A program made the translations under genes and the position numbers. This document shows positions 39,005 through 50,080 of a DNA stretch of 64,000 nt, in pieces. A model generated the notes under the pieces. It ran no database searches and was not told where the DNA came from. It was given only the letters and a program-made list of their open reading frames with translations. Within the stretch, counting starts at the first letter, position 1; each line of letters opens with the position of its first letter. The stretch lies in assembly GCA_046290225.1 (NCBI GenBank), contig JBKAGE010000038.1:96001-160000 (forward strand), in the 5' to 3' direction. This DNA comes from Bradymonadia bacterium. GTDB lineage: Bacteria; Myxococcota_A; Bradymonadia; UBA7976; UBA1532.

Positions 39005-39034
39005 CTTGACATTTGTTCAGTGCAACACCATGCT
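39005..39034 (+). promoter_or_regulatory. Putative cinA-recA promoter (TTGACA-N17-CATGCT) overlapped by a Myxococcus-type LexA-like box
   Basis: CTTGACATTTGTTCAGT at 39005-39021 matches 14 of 17 positions of CTRHAMRYBYGTTCAGS. Confidence 0.55.
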
Positions 39035-39099
39035 CCCCTCATCGCCCCCGAACAGAGCCCTGAAAAATCAGGGTCATGCTCATCACCAGGGAGAGTGCG

Positions 39100-40326
39100 A
39101 TGCAGAGTGAAATCTTGATCATTGGTGATGAGCTGCTCGATGGCCGAGTGAGTGATTTGCACACAGCAACCATCGCTCACCACCTCGAGCCCCTCGGCCT
39201 GACCATCAATCGACAGCAGGCTCTGCCCGATCATTTGGAGACGCTGCAGACAGCATTTGTGGAGATCTCCGAGCGCGCAGAGTTGTGCATTGTCACTGGT
39301 GGTCTCGGCCCGACCTCTGATGATCTGACTGTGGCTGCCTTTGCTGCTGCAGCCCAGGTCTCACTCGCCGAAGACGCCGAGACCTGGCAACACATCGTCA
39401 CGCGCTATGCCCCAGCCCTGCCTCCGGAGACCAACCGCAAGCAGGCGCTGGTGCCTGAGGGTGCCACCGTGTTGGCGACATCTGTGGGCACCGCACCGGG
39501 TCTCGTGGCTCGCTTCGGTCGCTGCACCTTCTTCCTCTTGCCCGGGGTGCCTCGGGAGATGCACTGGCATTTGGAAGAGCATGTCCGCCCAGCTCTTGCG
39601 CGGATGATAGACGAGGGCCAGCTCCAAAGTGCCCCATCAGCCCACCAACGCACCCTCACCTTCGTCACTGTGGGTGAGTCTGCTCTCGCTGAGGGCGTGG
39701 CATCGTTGGGGCTCGGTGATCACATCCAGCTCAGCTATCTCGCCCACCCCATGGGCGTCGATGTTCGCCTGCAGAGTACGGAGCTGGATGCGATCAATCA
39801 TGCCGCAGAGGCCATCATCGCTCAGCACCCCGATGCCTTCCTCAGCGACGACGGCACGGGTCTTGTCGAGGCTCTACTTCAGCGCCTCAAGGGTCGCAAG
39901 CTCACGGCAGGCACCGCAGAGAGCTGCACAGGTGGCCTGGTTGCAGGTGCGCTCACCGCGATCCCAGGCAGCTCCGCAGTGGTCCTCGGTGGCATCGTGG
40001 CCTACAGCAACAGCGTCAAGATGGCCCGCCTCGCCGTGCCCGAAGCCGTCCTCATCGAGCACGGCGCCGTGAGCGAGCCCTGTGCTGCCGCTATGGCTCG
40101 AGGTGCTCGCGAAGCGCTGGGGTGTGATGTCGCCATGTCCATCACCGGCATTGCCGGTCCTGGCGGCGGCACCGCCGAGAAGCCGGTGGGCACAGTCTGT
40201 TTCGGCTGGTCCGGGCCCGACTTCGATCGCACCCAGACCCATCTGTTTCGCGGTGATCGCGAAGCGGTACGGCGCAAGTCCATGGTGTGGGCCCTCGCCG
40301 GCCTCTGGCGGGAGGTGGGGCGATGA
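39100..40326 (+). CDS. cinA: CinA competence/damage-inducible protein (MoCF-like + PncC domain)
   Basis: IIGDELLDG, TGGLGPTSDDLT, GTAPG, LPGVPREM, TAESCTGG, HGAVS, SITGIAGPGGG..KPVGTV. Confidence 0.95.
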   Translation: MQSEILIIGDELLDGRVSDLHTATIAHHLEPLGLTINRQQALPDHLETLQTAFVEISERAELCIVTGGLGPTSDDLTVAAFAAAAQVSLAEDAETWQHIVTRYAPALPPETNRKQALVPEGATVLATSVGTAPGLVARFGRCTFFLLPGVPREMHWHLEEHVRPALARMIDEGQLQSAPSAHQRTLTFVTVGESALAEGVASLGLGDHIQLSYLAHPMGVDVRLQSTELDAINHAAEAIIAQHPDAFLSDDGTGLVEALLQRLKGRKLTAGTAESCTGGLVAGALTAIPGSSAVVLGGIVAYSNSVKMARLAVPEAVLIEHGAVSEPCAAAMARGAREALGCDVAMSITGIAGPGGGTAEKPVGTVCFGWSGPDFDRTQTHLFRGDREAVRRKSMVWALAGLWREVGR

Positions 40327-41207
40327 GCCAGTTCCAACTGCATCTCATGCTCAGCGGGTCCATCACTGGCGCGTTGCAGCAGGTTCAGAAGCGGATGAGC
40401 CGGTTTGCTTCAGAGCAAGGCCTGAAGTGGCGTGGCACCCCCCGGGGGGCGCTCTCGGTCGTCTCCATCAGCTTCGAGCCGTGTGCCCCCGAGGCTGGCG
40501 AAGCGCTTTACGTTGCCTGTCACAGGGCAGAGCCTCGTGCAGTACAGCTCGACGTCAGCGGCTGGTCCCTCGTCGAGGGCGCCAACGGCCAGTGGCAGTG
40601 CATCGCCAGCGTAGAGGGCGCAGCAGCTGTCACTGAACAGCGCACCAGCCTCCTCGAACACATCACCCCTTACGGTTTCACCCCCATCGATGATCCCCGT
40701 GGGGCCTACATCCTCGTGGGCGTATTGCACGCGTCCGGAAAAGGAGAACCGATTGATCCCACCCTGCTCCCCCAAGGCGATGGTCCGTTGGGCACTTGCT
40801 CCACCGAAGCCCTCGCCCTGATCGAGTGCACCGAGCCCGATGCGCACCGGCAGATCTGGTCCCTGGCCCACAGTCAGAGTTCAGAGCGCGCATCCGTTGA
40901 AGGTGACGCAGTGCGTCAGCAGATCTCTGCCGCTCTCGATCGCCGTATCGCTCGTTATGCCCAGACGCGGCGACGTCGTCCCACGACGGGGCGCCCTGGC
41001 GGAAAGCGCCCACGGGCTCAACCGTCCAGGGAACAGTCAGCCCGGGGCCAGCACCCCAAAGCGAAGCGACCGAGAAACAACCCGGCAAACCAGACCCCGT
41101 CCAAAGCGCCGGAGCGCAGCCGCGCCGCCGGGCAGGACGAACAAAAAACACAGCCTTCGCGGCGCAGACGCCGCCGACGGCCCAATAAACCTCGTAACCC
41201 CTCATGA
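40323..41207 (+). CDS. Divergent 2H-phosphoesterase (ThpR/LigT)-like protein with Arg/Lys-rich tail
   Basis: Lies between cinA and recA with ATGA overlap; LigT-like layout but no HxT/S motifs visible. Confidence 0.5.
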   Translation: MSQFQLHLMLSGSITGALQQVQKRMSRFASEQGLKWRGTPRGALSVVSISFEPCAPEAGEALYVACHRAEPRAVQLDVSGWSLVEGANGQWQCIASVEGAAAVTEQRTSLLEHITPYGFTPIDDPRGAYILVGVLHASGKGEPIDPTLLPQGDGPLGTCSTEALALIECTEPDAHRQIWSLAHSQSSERASVEGDAVRQQISAALDRRIARYAQTRRRRPTTGRPGGKRPRAQPSREQSARGQHPKAKRPRNNPANQTPSKAPERSRAAGQDEQKTQPSRRRRRRRPNKPRNPS

Positions 41208-41239
41208 GAACGGGCGCTCGGCGCCCAAGGAGAAGCAGC

Positions 41240-42292
41240 ATGCCTCGCGGTCAAAAAGAGCCCAACAAGGATCAGGCCCTCGCCCTCGCAGTGAGCGCCA
41301 TCGAGAAGCAGTTCGGCAAAGGTTCCATCATGCGCCTCGGCGAGGGTGACAACCTCGTCAAGGACATCCAGGTCGTGCCCAGTGGCGGCCTCGCCCTGGA
41401 CATCGCCCTCGGCATTGGCGGGTTCCCCCGTGGGCGGATCATCGAGATCTATGGCCCTGAGTCCAGCGGTAAGACCACGCTGACCCTGCACGCTGTGGCC
41501 GAGGCCCAGAAGCTCGGCGGTGTCGCCGCCTTCATCGACGCCGAGCACGCCCTCGACATCAACTACGCCCGCAAGCTGGGGGTGAACACCGACGAGCTGC
41601 TCATCTCCCAGCCTGACACCGGTGAGCAGGCCCTCGAGATCGCCGACATGCTGGTGCGCTCTGGCGCCATCGATTGTCTGGTCATCGACTCCGTCGCCGC
41701 GCTCGTGCCCAAGGCCGAGATCGAGGGTGATATGGGCGACAGCCACGTGGGTCTCCAGGCCCGCCTGATGTCGCAGGCTCTGCGGAAGCTCACCGGCAGC
41801 ATCAACCGCAGCCACACCGCCGTGTTCTTCATCAACCAGATCCGCATGAAGATCGGGGTGATGTTCGGCAGCCCCGAGACCACCACTGGTGGTAACGCGC
41901 TCAAATTCTACGCCTCTCAGCGACTCGACATCCGTCGAATCGGGGCCATCAAAGATGCCGGTGAGGCCATCGGCAACCGGACCCGGGTCAAGGTGGTCAA
42001 GAACAAGCTGGCGCCTCCCTTCAAGGAGGCCGAGTTCGACATCATGTACGGCAAGGGCATCAGCAAGTCCGGTGACGTGCTCGATCTCGCCGTCGCAGCC
42101 AACATCGTCGACAAGTCCGGTGCCTGGTACAGCTACGAGCGGGAGCGCATTGGTCAGGGCCGTGAGAACTCCAAGAAGTTCCTCGAAGAGAACGTCGATC
42201 TCATGAACGAGATCGAAGCCAAGGTGCTCGCCCACCACGGCATCGCTGGCCGTGCCGGCTCTGCGGAGCAGTCTGCAGAGAGCGAGGGCTGA
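41240..42292 (+). CDS. recA: Recombinase RecA
   Basis: [65 protein letters not shown] 41240 after AGGAGA. Confidence 0.99.
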   Translation: MPRGQKEPNKDQALALAVSAIEKQFGKGSIMRLGEGDNLVKDIQVVPSGGLALDIALGIGGFPRGRIIEIYGPESSGKTTLTLHAVAEAQKLGGVAAFIDAEHALDINYARKLGVNTDELLISQPDTGEQALEIADMLVRSGAIDCLVIDSVAALVPKAEIEGDMGDSHVGLQARLMSQALRKLTGSINRSHTAVFFINQIRMKIGVMFGSPETTTGGNALKFYASQRLDIRRIGAIKDAGEAIGNRTRVKVVKNKLAPPFKEAEFDIMYGKGISKSGDVLDLAVAANIVDKSGAWYSYERERIGQGRENSKKFLEENVDLMNEIEAKVLAHHGIAGRAGSAEQSAESEG

Positions 42293-42409
42293 TCAGGCAG
42301 AGCGATCTGCCCCACAGCCCCAGCCTGCTCACACCGTGTGAGGCCCGCTGTTCTGGCAGTGCCTCATAGGCCATCAACCCTCGCCTGTCGGTGTGCTAGT
42401 CTCCCCTCC

Positions 42410-43819
42410 ATGAACACCCAGCCTTCATCGAAATGCCCTCGGCGTGCCCTCCGTATCTCGTGGGGTCTCCCCTGGTTGTTGCTCACCCTGCTGCTGCTCA
42501 GCAGCATCGCTGAAGCCCGCACCCGGGTGGCCATCGGTCGTCTCAATGGCCGTGGCGGGGGTGTGCGAGCCATCGGTAAGCTTCAAAAAGCGCTCAAGAG
42601 CTACGACGACATCGCCATTCACTCAACCAAGAGCTTTCAGCGCAAAGCCAAACGGTTGAGGGTCGAGGGTCAGATCCCCGCCGATCCCAACGCTCTGGCA
42701 GAACTGTGCGAGGCCCTCGACATCGACGCGGTGGTCTTTGGTCAGGTGGAGAAGGCTTCACGTCGGAGCCGACGACGCATCGTACGGGTGCAGGTATACG
42801 ATCGCACCGGCCGGCAGGTGGGCAGCCACGAGATCAACGCAGGGCGGAAGAAGAAGATCCCCACACGGGTCTGGACTGCAGTGGCTCGAGCCATCGAGCC
42901 CGATCTGCGCAGCATCGGCGAGGTGGTCGAGGGCCCCATCATCACCCCTGAAGACACTGAGCCGAGGCCTCGGACCGTGAGGCCAGATCCCGTGGCTTTG
43001 ACACCAGAGCCCGAGCGTGTGGGCCGGCGGCCCCGTGCCGAGACGCGCATCGACGAGCCCATGGGCCCTCGCACCCATGAGATCTTCAAAGCCTCTGCAG
43101 GCCTGTTCTTCTTGTCTCGAACCTTCGAGTACAGCGTCGCCGACCAATCGATCCCCTTCGCCGAAGGCGGCATCGACTACACCACCTCGCTTTCTCCTGG
43201 CATCGTCGTCGAAGCCGAGGTGTTCCCGCTGCGCGCCTTTGTGCGCAACGCTGCTGCCCACATCGGTTTGGGGCTCACCTTCGAAAAGGCCTTCCTGAGC
43301 ACGGAACAGGAGGTCACCGATCTGCAGGGCCAGACTCGGGCCCAGGAGCTCAATACGTCTCACCAGCACATTCGGGCGCGGCTGCAGTACCGCGCACCGC
43401 TGGGCCGCAGCGCGACAGCGGTCCAGGTCGGCGGTCACCTGGGTCTGGGTTGGCTGAAGTTCAGGCTTCAGGACAACCCCGAATACCAGGGGGTAGACGC
43501 CTCGTACTTCGACGTGGGCATTGATGGTCTGTTCCCCCTGGGCACCCCCAAAGCCGCCATCAAAATCGCAGTGCGATACCTACCCAGCGCCGATCTCGGC
43601 GATACCGCAGAAGAGCTCGGCGGTGAAGTCACCACCAGCGGCTTTGGCCTCACCGGGGGTGTCACCTCCAAGCTCGGCGGTGGACTCACCGCCGACCTGC
43701 TCGTGGACTACACGGGCCTGAGCCACGACATCAGCGGTGAGGGTCGGGGGCAGCGCCTCGGCGACACTGCATCGGATGCCTATCTCGGCGTGCGGATGAT
43801 GGCGGGGTATGCCTTCTGA
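42410..43819 (+). CDS. Hypothetical outer-membrane protein (periplasmic N-domain, Pro linker, beta-barrel)
   Basis: Signal peptide, amphipathic beta strands, C-terminal GYAF. Confidence 0.7.
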   Translation: MNTQPSSKCPRRALRISWGLPWLLLTLLLLSSIAEARTRVAIGRLNGRGGGVRAIGKLQKALKSYDDIAIHSTKSFQRKAKRLRVEGQIPADPNALAELCEALDIDAVVFGQVEKASRRSRRRIVRVQVYDRTGRQVGSHEINAGRKKKIPTRVWTAVARAIEPDLRSIGEVVEGPIITPEDTEPRPRTVRPDPVALTPEPERVGRRPRAETRIDEPMGPRTHEIFKASAGLFFLSRTFEYSVADQSIPFAEGGIDYTTSLSPGIVVEAEVFPLRAFVRNAAAHIGLGLTFEKAFLSTEQEVTDLQGQTRAQELNTSHQHIRARLQYRAPLGRSATAVQVGGHLGLGWLKFRLQDNPEYQGVDASYFDVGIDGLFPLGTPKAAIKIAVRYLPSADLGDTAEELGGEVTTSGFGLTGGVTSKLGGGLTADLLVDYTGLSHDISGEGRGQRLGDTASDAYLGVRMMAGYAF

Positions 43820-43827
43820 GCCTGCTG

Positions 43828-43877
43828 CTCAGCAGCATATCCTCAGCAGCATATCCTCAGCTGCACATCCTCAGCAG
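43828..43877. repeat. 14-bp tandem repeat (CTCAGCAGCATATC x ~3.6) between convergent genes
   Basis: Copies start at 43828, 43842, 43856 (two changes) and 43870 (partial). Confidence 0.85.
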
Positions 43878-43884
43878 TGGGCAC

Positions 43885-45216
43885 TCAGCAGATACGGGTG
43901 CGCTGGCGCAGAGCCACGGTATCTCCGTCCCACCCCTCCCGGATGTCGTCCGCGGGGCTGCGTCCCTTCTCTACTGACGCATCGAGCACATCGAGCAGGC
44001 GTACGGCCTCGGGCTCGAGACGCGTCAGGCCTCGCCGGGCAATGGCGAGGGTCTCTGCGGCGAGCTCCTTGATGGCGTAGCCACCGCTCACGCCAGCGAG
44101 GCCATGCTCCACAGCGGCAGCGCGCAGATCGATACGGGCCGGCTCGTCAAAGGGTGACAGCAGCGCCTCGAGCTCTGACAGCGCAGTTTCGTCGTACAAC
44201 AAGCCATTGTGCAAAGCCGGCAGCGCCAGCACGTACTCACGGCTGCCCATGTCCGCACCTCGAACCTCCATGTACTTCTTGAGGCGCACATCGGGGAACA
44301 GCGTCGACAAGTGGAGGGCGAAGTCTCCCATGTTCGCCGAGTAGCCTTCGAAGCCGTCGCGCATGAAGTCGGAGAACTTCAGCCCTGCGCAGTCCACATA
44401 GCGGCCCTCGCGGTGGATGAAGAACATCGGCACCTGAGCGGCCCAGGCGGCATATTCGGCGAAGCCGGCACCGGGCTCGAGCACATCCGGGCTCAGCTCG
44501 CAGCGATCCGGATCGGTGTGCTCCCAGATGCGGGCCCGGAAGGTCTTCACGTCGAGCAGCTTGCCCTGCTGTACCGTGGAGTTGCTCCACAGGGCGATGA
44601 CCAGAGGCTGCAGGCGCATGGCCACCCGCAGCTTGCGCATGGCGTCAGCCTCGCTCTCGAAATCGTAGTTCGCCTGCACCGTGCAGGTGAGGGCCATCAT
44701 GTGGTGGGCCAGGTTGCCGCGGGTGGGCAGGTAGCGGCGCATGATGGCGTAGCGGGGCTTGGGCATCCAGGGCACCGAGCTCGGCTCCCCCTCGGGGCTG
44801 TACCCCATGCCGCTCCAGATGAGGCCGAGCTCATCGCTCACCCCGCGGCTCTCCTCGAGGTGACGATCCAGCTCGGCCTCGGTGTCGAGGAGAGACACGA
44901 AGGGCGCCCCCGACAGCTCAAGCTGCCCGCCGGGCTCCAGGGTGATCGTGGCGCCGTCGCGGCTCAAAGCCACGATGGCCCCGTGCTCCTCTACAGCCTT
45001 CCAGCCATAGCGAGCCACCATCTGCTCCAAGAACGCCCGGATCCCCTTGGGGCCGTCGTAGGCCGGGGGCTGGGCATCAGCCAGGGACCAGCCGAGCTTC
45101 TCATGCTCGGTGCCCACTCGGAACTGATCTCGGGGCTTGCACCCCTGGGCAAAGTAGCCCGCCAGCTGAGAGATGTCTTCGAGTGGGGTCGCGTCTTCGA
45201 GGGTCTGGGAGCTCAT
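43885..45216 (-). CDS. gshA: Glutamate-cysteine ligase (plant/alphaproteobacterial type)
   Basis: VGTEHEK, TLEPGGQLELSGAP, WMPKPRY.IM, TCTVQANYD, HLSTLFPDVRLKKYMEVRGAD. Confidence 0.95.
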   Translation of the reverse strand: MSSQTLEDATPLEDISQLAGYFAQGCKPRDQFRVGTEHEKLGWSLADAQPPAYDGPKGIRAFLEQMVARYGWKAVEEHGAIVALSRDGATITLEPGGQLELSGAPFVSLLDTEAELDRHLEESRGVSDELGLIWSGMGYSPEGEPSSVPWMPKPRYAIMRRYLPTRGNLAHHMMALTCTVQANYDFESEADAMRKLRVAMRLQPLVIALWSNSTVQQGKLLDVKTFRARIWEHTDPDRCELSPDVLEPGAGFAEYAAWAAQVPMFFIHREGRYVDCAGLKFSDFMRDGFEGYSANMGDFALHLSTLFPDVRLKKYMEVRGADMGSREYVLALPALHNGLLYDETALSELEALLSPFDEPARIDLRAAAVEHGLAGVSGGYAIKELAAETLAIARRGLTRLEPEAVRLLDVLDASVEKGRSPADDIREGWDGDTVALRQRTRIC

Positions 45217-45379
45217 GGGCAGGCCGCCTCATTATGGTGGAGAGCTTGGGGGAACCTAGCCTCTGGTGGTTCCCTCGTCAATCAGAGCACCATCTACCTG
45301 TTCATGCGGCGCTTGTGCACCGGCCAGGTATCTGCTAAAGATGCGCGCGCTTTTCAGGGGCCCCGGTTGTCGGGGTCTC

Positions 45380-45491
45380 AAACACACACACCGGAGCCCG
45401 CGTCGGCGTCCCCACAGACTCTGGAGAGTCGCGGGGCGATGCGAGGTGTAGATGGTGCGTGGAAGATGCCAACGCCATACAGAGGATTCAC
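45380..45491 (+). promoter_or_regulatory. Putative structured rpsB 5' leader
   Basis: ACACACACC...GGTGCGTG flanks plus inner CCCC/GGGG and GACTC/GAGTC stems ahead of the AGAGGA RBS; rpsB leaders are known autoregulatory sites. Confidence 0.4.
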
Positions 45492-46361
45492 ATGGCCATC
45501 ATCAACATCCGTGAAATGATCGAAGCCGGGGCTCACTTCGGCCACCAGACCAAGCGCTGGAACCCCAAGATGCGCCCTTACATCTACGGCGCCCGGAACG
45601 GGATCTACATCCTCGACCTCCAGCGGACCGCCCCCCTCTTCGACTCGGCCTACAACTTCGTCAGCGCCACCGTGGCCCGTGGCGAGTCCGTGCTCTTCGT
45701 GGGCACCAAGAAGCAGGCTCAGGATGTGATCACCAGTCACGCCGCTCGCTGCGGCATGTACTCGGTCACCCACCGCTGGCTCGGCGGCACCCTGACCAAC
45801 TTCAAGACCATCCGCGGCAGCATCGAGCGCCTTAAGAACATCGAGAAGATGTTCGCTGACGGCACCGCCGAGCGCCTCACCAAGAAAGAGGCCCTCAAGC
45901 TGCACCGCGAGCAGGAGAAGCTCGAGGCCAACCTCGGCGGCATCAAGAACATGCCCGACATCCCGGGCGTGATCTTCATCGTCGACACCCTCAAGGAGCA
46001 CATCGCCGTCGCCGAGGCCCGCAAGCTGGGCATCAAGATCGTGGCGCTGGTGGACACCAACTGTGATCCCGAGGGCATCGACTTCCCGATCCCCGCCAAC
46101 GACGACGCCATCCGCTCCATCGAGCTGTTCACCAGCAAGATCGCCGACGCCGTCATCGAGGGCAAGATGCGCCACAACGAGCGCTACGCCGGTCAGGGCG
46201 GTGGCGCCAGCGTCAACGTCGAGCTCACCAGCGACGAGGGTGGCCCTGAGGTCGAGTTCAAGGCCCCCGGCATGGAGATGCCCACCCCCGAGGCCAGCGC
46301 CTCCCCTGAAGAGGCCGTCGCCGAAGAGGCCGAGGCCGCCGAGGCACCTGCAGCGGAGTAA
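45492..46361 (+). CDS. rpsB: 30S ribosomal protein S2
   Basis: [41 protein letters not shown]. Confidence 0.99.
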   Translation: MAIINIREMIEAGAHFGHQTKRWNPKMRPYIYGARNGIYILDLQRTAPLFDSAYNFVSATVARGESVLFVGTKKQAQDVITSHAARCGMYSVTHRWLGGTLTNFKTIRGSIERLKNIEKMFADGTAERLTKKEALKLHREQEKLEANLGGIKNMPDIPGVIFIVDTLKEHIAVAEARKLGIKIVALVDTNCDPEGIDFPIPANDDAIRSIELFTSKIADAVIEGKMRHNERYAGQGGGASVNVELTSDEGGPEVEFKAPGMEMPTPEASASPEEAVAEEAEAAEAPAAE

Positions 46362-46548
46362 TTCGCTGTAGTCGGCGCGCTGCAGTCGATCGACTGTCAG
46401 CGTTTCTGCTGCCCCTGACGGGGCGGCAGCCCTCGATATATCCAGCCCACCAGGCAGCAATTTCAGCAGCCCCGGGCCCCCGCTTTCATGACCCAAAACC
46501 TGGGCGGCCGCGTGTCGCCCACCAGAAAATATCGGCGGAGAAACCACC

Positions 46549-47199
46549 ATGGCTATCAGCGCCAAAGACGTCGCCGCGCTCCGTAAGAAGACCGGCGCCG
46601 GCATGATGGACTGCAAGAAGGCTCTCACCGAGGCCGAGGGCGATCTCGCCAAGGCCGAAGAGCTCCTCCTCAAGAAGGGCCTCGCTGCCGCCGCCAAGCG
46701 CGCCGACCGCGTCGCCGCCGAGGGCCTCGTGGGCAGCTACATCCACCACGGCGGTGGCATCGGCGTGCTCGTCGAGCTCAACTGCGAGACCGACTTCGTC
46801 GCAAAGACCGAGGCCTTCCAGCAGCTCGTGCGCGACGTCGCCATGCACATCGCAGCCACGAACCCCAAGTTCCTCGACGACAGCGAGATCCCTGCCGCCG
46901 ACGTGGAGAAGCAGAAGGAGATCTTCCTGGCCCAGAACCAGGACTCCGGCAAGCCGCCCCACATCATGGAGAAGATCATCACTGGCAAGATCGCCAAGTG
47001 GAAGAAGGAGCAGTGTCTCGTCGACCAGCCCTTCGTGAAGGATCCCGACGTCACCGTGGGCAAGCACGTGATCAACACCGCGGCCTCCATCAAGGAGAAC
47101 GTCAAGATCCGTCGCTTCGTGCGCTTCGAGCTCGGCGAGGGCATCGAGAAGAAGGTCGACGACTTCGCAGCCGAGGTCGCCGCACAGGTCAAGGGCTGA
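46549..47199 (+). CDS. tsf: Elongation factor Ts (short form)
   Basis: [37 protein letters not shown]. Confidence 0.99.
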   Translation: MAISAKDVAALRKKTGAGMMDCKKALTEAEGDLAKAEELLLKKGLAAAAKRADRVAAEGLVGSYIHHGGGIGVLVELNCETDFVAKTEAFQQLVRDVAMHIAATNPKFLDDSEIPAADVEKQKEIFLAQNQDSGKPPHIMEKIITGKIAKWKKEQCLVDQPFVKDPDVTVGKHVINTAASIKENVKIRRFVRFELGEGIEKKVDDFAAEVAAQVKG

Positions 47200-47203
47200 T
47201 TCG

Positions 47204-47917
47204 ATGAGCACCACCCCCCCCCGCCGGATCCTGCTCAAGCTCTCCGGCGAAGCTCTCATGGGCGAGGGCCAGTACGGCATCTCCCCTGAGGTGGTCGAGC
47301 GCATCGCTGCCGAATTGAAGGTGGTGCACGAGCTCGGCCTGGAGGTGGCGGTGGTCATCGGCGGCGGAAACATCTTCCGTGGTGTCGCCGGGGCCGCCAA
47401 GGGCATGGATCGTACCAGCGCCGATTACATGGGCATGCTGGCCACGGTCATCAACGCCCTGGCGCTGCAGGACGGCTTCGAGAAGAACGGCCTCATGACC
47501 CGGGTCATGAGCGGTCTCGACATGCCGGCCGTGGCCGAGCCCTTCATCCGCCGTCGGGCGGTGCGTCACCTCGAGAAGGGGCGAGTCGTGGTCTTCGCCG
47601 CCGGGAGCGGCAACCCCTACTTCACCACCGACACCGCCGCAGCGCTTCGGGGCAACGAGATCAACGCCGACATCATCCTGAAGGCCACCAAGGTCGACGG
47701 GATCTACGACGCTGATCCCGAGATCTACCCCGAGGCCAAGAAGTTCGACCAGCTCAGCTATGACGAGTGCCTCACCCGCAACCTGCGGGTGATGGACGCC
47801 ACGGCCATCACGCTGTGCCGCGAGAACAACATGCCCATCGTGGTCTTCAACCTGTTCACCCCGGGCAACATCGTCCGCGTGGCCAAGGGCGAGACCATCG
47901 GCACGCGGGTCGAGTAG
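47204..47917 (+). CDS. pyrH: UMP kinase
   Basis: [42 protein letters not shown]. Confidence 0.99.
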   Translation: MSTTPPRRILLKLSGEALMGEGQYGISPEVVERIAAELKVVHELGLEVAVVIGGGNIFRGVAGAAKGMDRTSADYMGMLATVINALALQDGFEKNGLMTRVMSGLDMPAVAEPFIRRRAVRHLEKGRVVVFAAGSGNPYFTTDTAAALRGNEINADIILKATKVDGIYDADPEIYPEAKKFDQLSYDECLTRNLRVMDATAITLCRENNMPIVVFNLFTPGNIVRVAKGETIGTRVE

Positions 47918-48046
47918 CCCGACCACTCCAGGGGTGAACCGCCCGGCTCACCCCCTCCCCTCCCTCTTTCACATACCGCTTTTGACCCGAGTTTGGGGTG
48001 TGCTAGGTTCCTCTACGCACATGCAACGAATGTAAGGCACGACAAC

Positions 48047-48601
48047 ATGCAAGAGGTTTACGACGATCTGGAAGGCCGCTTCGAGAAGTCCTTCGAGGCG
48101 CTCCGTCGTGAGCTCAGCCGGGTCCGCACCGGGCGAGCCAACATCAACCTGCTCGATACCATCCGCGTCAACTACTACGGCCAGCCCACCCCGCTCAGCC
48201 AGGTGGCGGCCCTGCAGGTCCCCGAGCCTCGCTTGATCACCATCAAGCCCTGGGAGGCCAGCATCCTCAAAGACATCGAGCGGACCATCATGCAGTCCGA
48301 TCTCGGCATCACCCCCACCAGCGACGGCCAGATCATCCGGCTGTCGATCCCGCCCCTCACCGAGGAGCGTCGTAAAGATCTGGTGAAGCAGGTGCACCGC
48401 ATCGCCGAGGACACCAAGGTCTCTCTCCGCAACGCCCGTCGTGACGCCAACGCGTTCCTGAAGCAGGCAGAGAAGGACAGCGACATCACCGAGGATGATC
48501 TCGCGAGATCCCTCAAGGTGGTTCAGGAGCGCACCGACGCCGGTGTGGCCAAGGTGGACCAGATCATCGGTGAGAAAGAGAAGGAGCTGATGGAGGTCTG
48601 A
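48047..48601 (+). CDS. frr: Ribosome recycling factor
   Basis: RTGRAN, YYGQPTPL, PPLTEERRKDL, RNARRDAN, KEKELMEV. Confidence 0.99.
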   Translation: MQEVYDDLEGRFEKSFEALRRELSRVRTGRANINLLDTIRVNYYGQPTPLSQVAALQVPEPRLITIKPWEASILKDIERTIMQSDLGITPTSDGQIIRLSIPPLTEERRKDLVKQVHRIAEDTKVSLRNARRDANAFLKQAEKDSDITEDDLARSLKVVQERTDAGVAKVDQIIGEKEKELMEV

Positions 48602-48645
48602 TCCCCCTCAGCCTACAGCGCAGCCCCCGGGGGCGGCGCCTACTG

Positions 48646-48676
48646 AAGAGCCCTCACCTCGGTGGGGGCTTTTTTT
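48646..48676 (+). terminator. Rho-independent terminator after frr
   Basis: AGCCCTCACC-TC-GGTGGGGGCT stem followed by a T run. Confidence 0.85.
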
Positions 48677-48712
48677 GTGGGCGCGCTCTCAGAAGAGGCA
48701 TCAGAAGAGGCA

Positions 48713-50080
48713 TCAGAAGAAGTAGTTGTAGGCCGCGTTGATCGTGTGAATCAGCAGCGGATCATCATTGCGGAGATCTTGCACCTCCGCCTCGACCAGA
48801 GCTTCATAGTTCAGATCGATTTGATGATGGCGGTTCGGGCGAATCAACACCCCACCCTGTACGGTGTAGAGGGTCTGCTCTTCGTCGAAGGTCCGACTCT
48901 GGCCAGAGGCACGGCCGATCGTCCGGCCGGTGAAGTATGACAACAGCGCATTGAGCGTCAGCCACTGCCCCGCGTCGTACTCCAAATCGAGCAAGAGAGT
49001 GTACGAGTCGGAGACGAAGTTGTTGAGCACCACCCCCTGAAGATCAGCCCGGGCGCCCACCCCGAAGAGATCGTCGTCTCGCAGCCCGGCGATGTATTGC
49101 CAGGCAGAGTCGTCTCCGCGGTTCTGGCCCTGATCTCGCGTACGGTACTCCACTGACTGGTAGTGGTAGTAGCTCGTGCCGAAATTGAGCGATGCCTGAA
49201 AGCGCACCCGATCGTACGCCAGATCCAGCGGCAGCAAACCCAAGGCGTCACGCTGGTTGGGCTCAAGCACATTCCGGAACACCGTGGGATCAGAGTAGTC
49301 AGCCAGTGAGAAGTGACTGTAGGTCAGCATCAGGTTCAACGGCTGTGTCGGCGTGTAGTCCAGCGTGCCGAGGTAGGTGGCCACGTTGGGGCCGTCGATG
49401 AAGTCCATCACCAGATAGCTCGAGACAAAGAGATCTTCGGTGAGCTTCATGTGGATGCGGTTGAAGCCGAACTGCCTGATCTGCTCGCCGTCTCGCATCA
49501 TGGTGTTTGCCGCCAGCGACAAATCGAAGCCTTCTCGATGCAGCGAGCCGTAGAGGCCAGCGGCCTGGTATTCGGTGTTGAACGCCGTGTCGTACGGATC
49601 AGGCGACAGACCACCATAGACCCCAACCACAGCCTTGCGGTTGTCGGCGACGGCGAAGTTCACGTCCACGCCGTCCACCCAGGCGTTCCCCGCCTCGAAG
49701 ATGAGCCGACGGCCCATGGCCAGCTCTACGTCACCGCCGGAGAGCGGCTGCAGCACATAGAACGACCGGGCCCGGACCACCTCTTCGGTCTCGCCAAAGC
49801 GCCGCTCGTTGGACTCGTTGATGTCGAAGATGAAGGTGCTGTCGAGGACCAGCTTCAGGCCCCCCTCGGTGAGCTTGTCGGCCCGCACATCGGCGTCGAG
49901 AAACACGTACGCCGGCTCGGGATAGTCGAGGCTGGCGTTGTCGGTGCTGTAATACCCCCGGAGCGTCATGCGGCCATACAGATCAGCCGGCGACGGCTCA
50001 GTGGACTTCTGCGCCTCTGCGATGCCACCCCAGAGCGCGCCACCGACGATCAGGGCCCGGGCCCACCGTGCGGTGCTCAT
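48713..50080 (-). CDS. Outer-membrane beta-barrel (putative porin partner of the multiheme cytochrome)
   Basis: Signal peptide, many amphipathic strands, C-terminal YNYFF; ATGA-coupled to the cytochrome gene. Confidence 0.75.
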   Translation of the reverse strand: MSTARWARALIVGGALWGGIAEAQKSTEPSPADLYGRMTLRGYYSTDNASLDYPEPAYVFLDADVRADKLTEGGLKLVLDSTFIFDINESNERRFGETEEVVRARSFYVLQPLSGGDVELAMGRRLIFEAGNAWVDGVDVNFAVADNRKAVVGVYGGLSPDPYDTAFNTEYQAAGLYGSLHREGFDLSLAANTMMRDGEQIRQFGFNRIHMKLTEDLFVSSYLVMDFIDGPNVATYLGTLDYTPTQPLNLMLTYSHFSLADYSDPTVFRNVLEPNQRDALGLLPLDLAYDRVRFQASLNFGTSYYHYQSVEYRTRDQGQNRGDDSAWQYIAGLRDDDLFGVGARADLQGVVLNNFVSDSYTLLLDLEYDAGQWLTLNALLSYFTGRTIGRASGQSRTFDEEQTLYTVQGGVLIRPNRHHQIDLNYEALVEAEVQDLRNDDPLLIHTINAAYNYFF

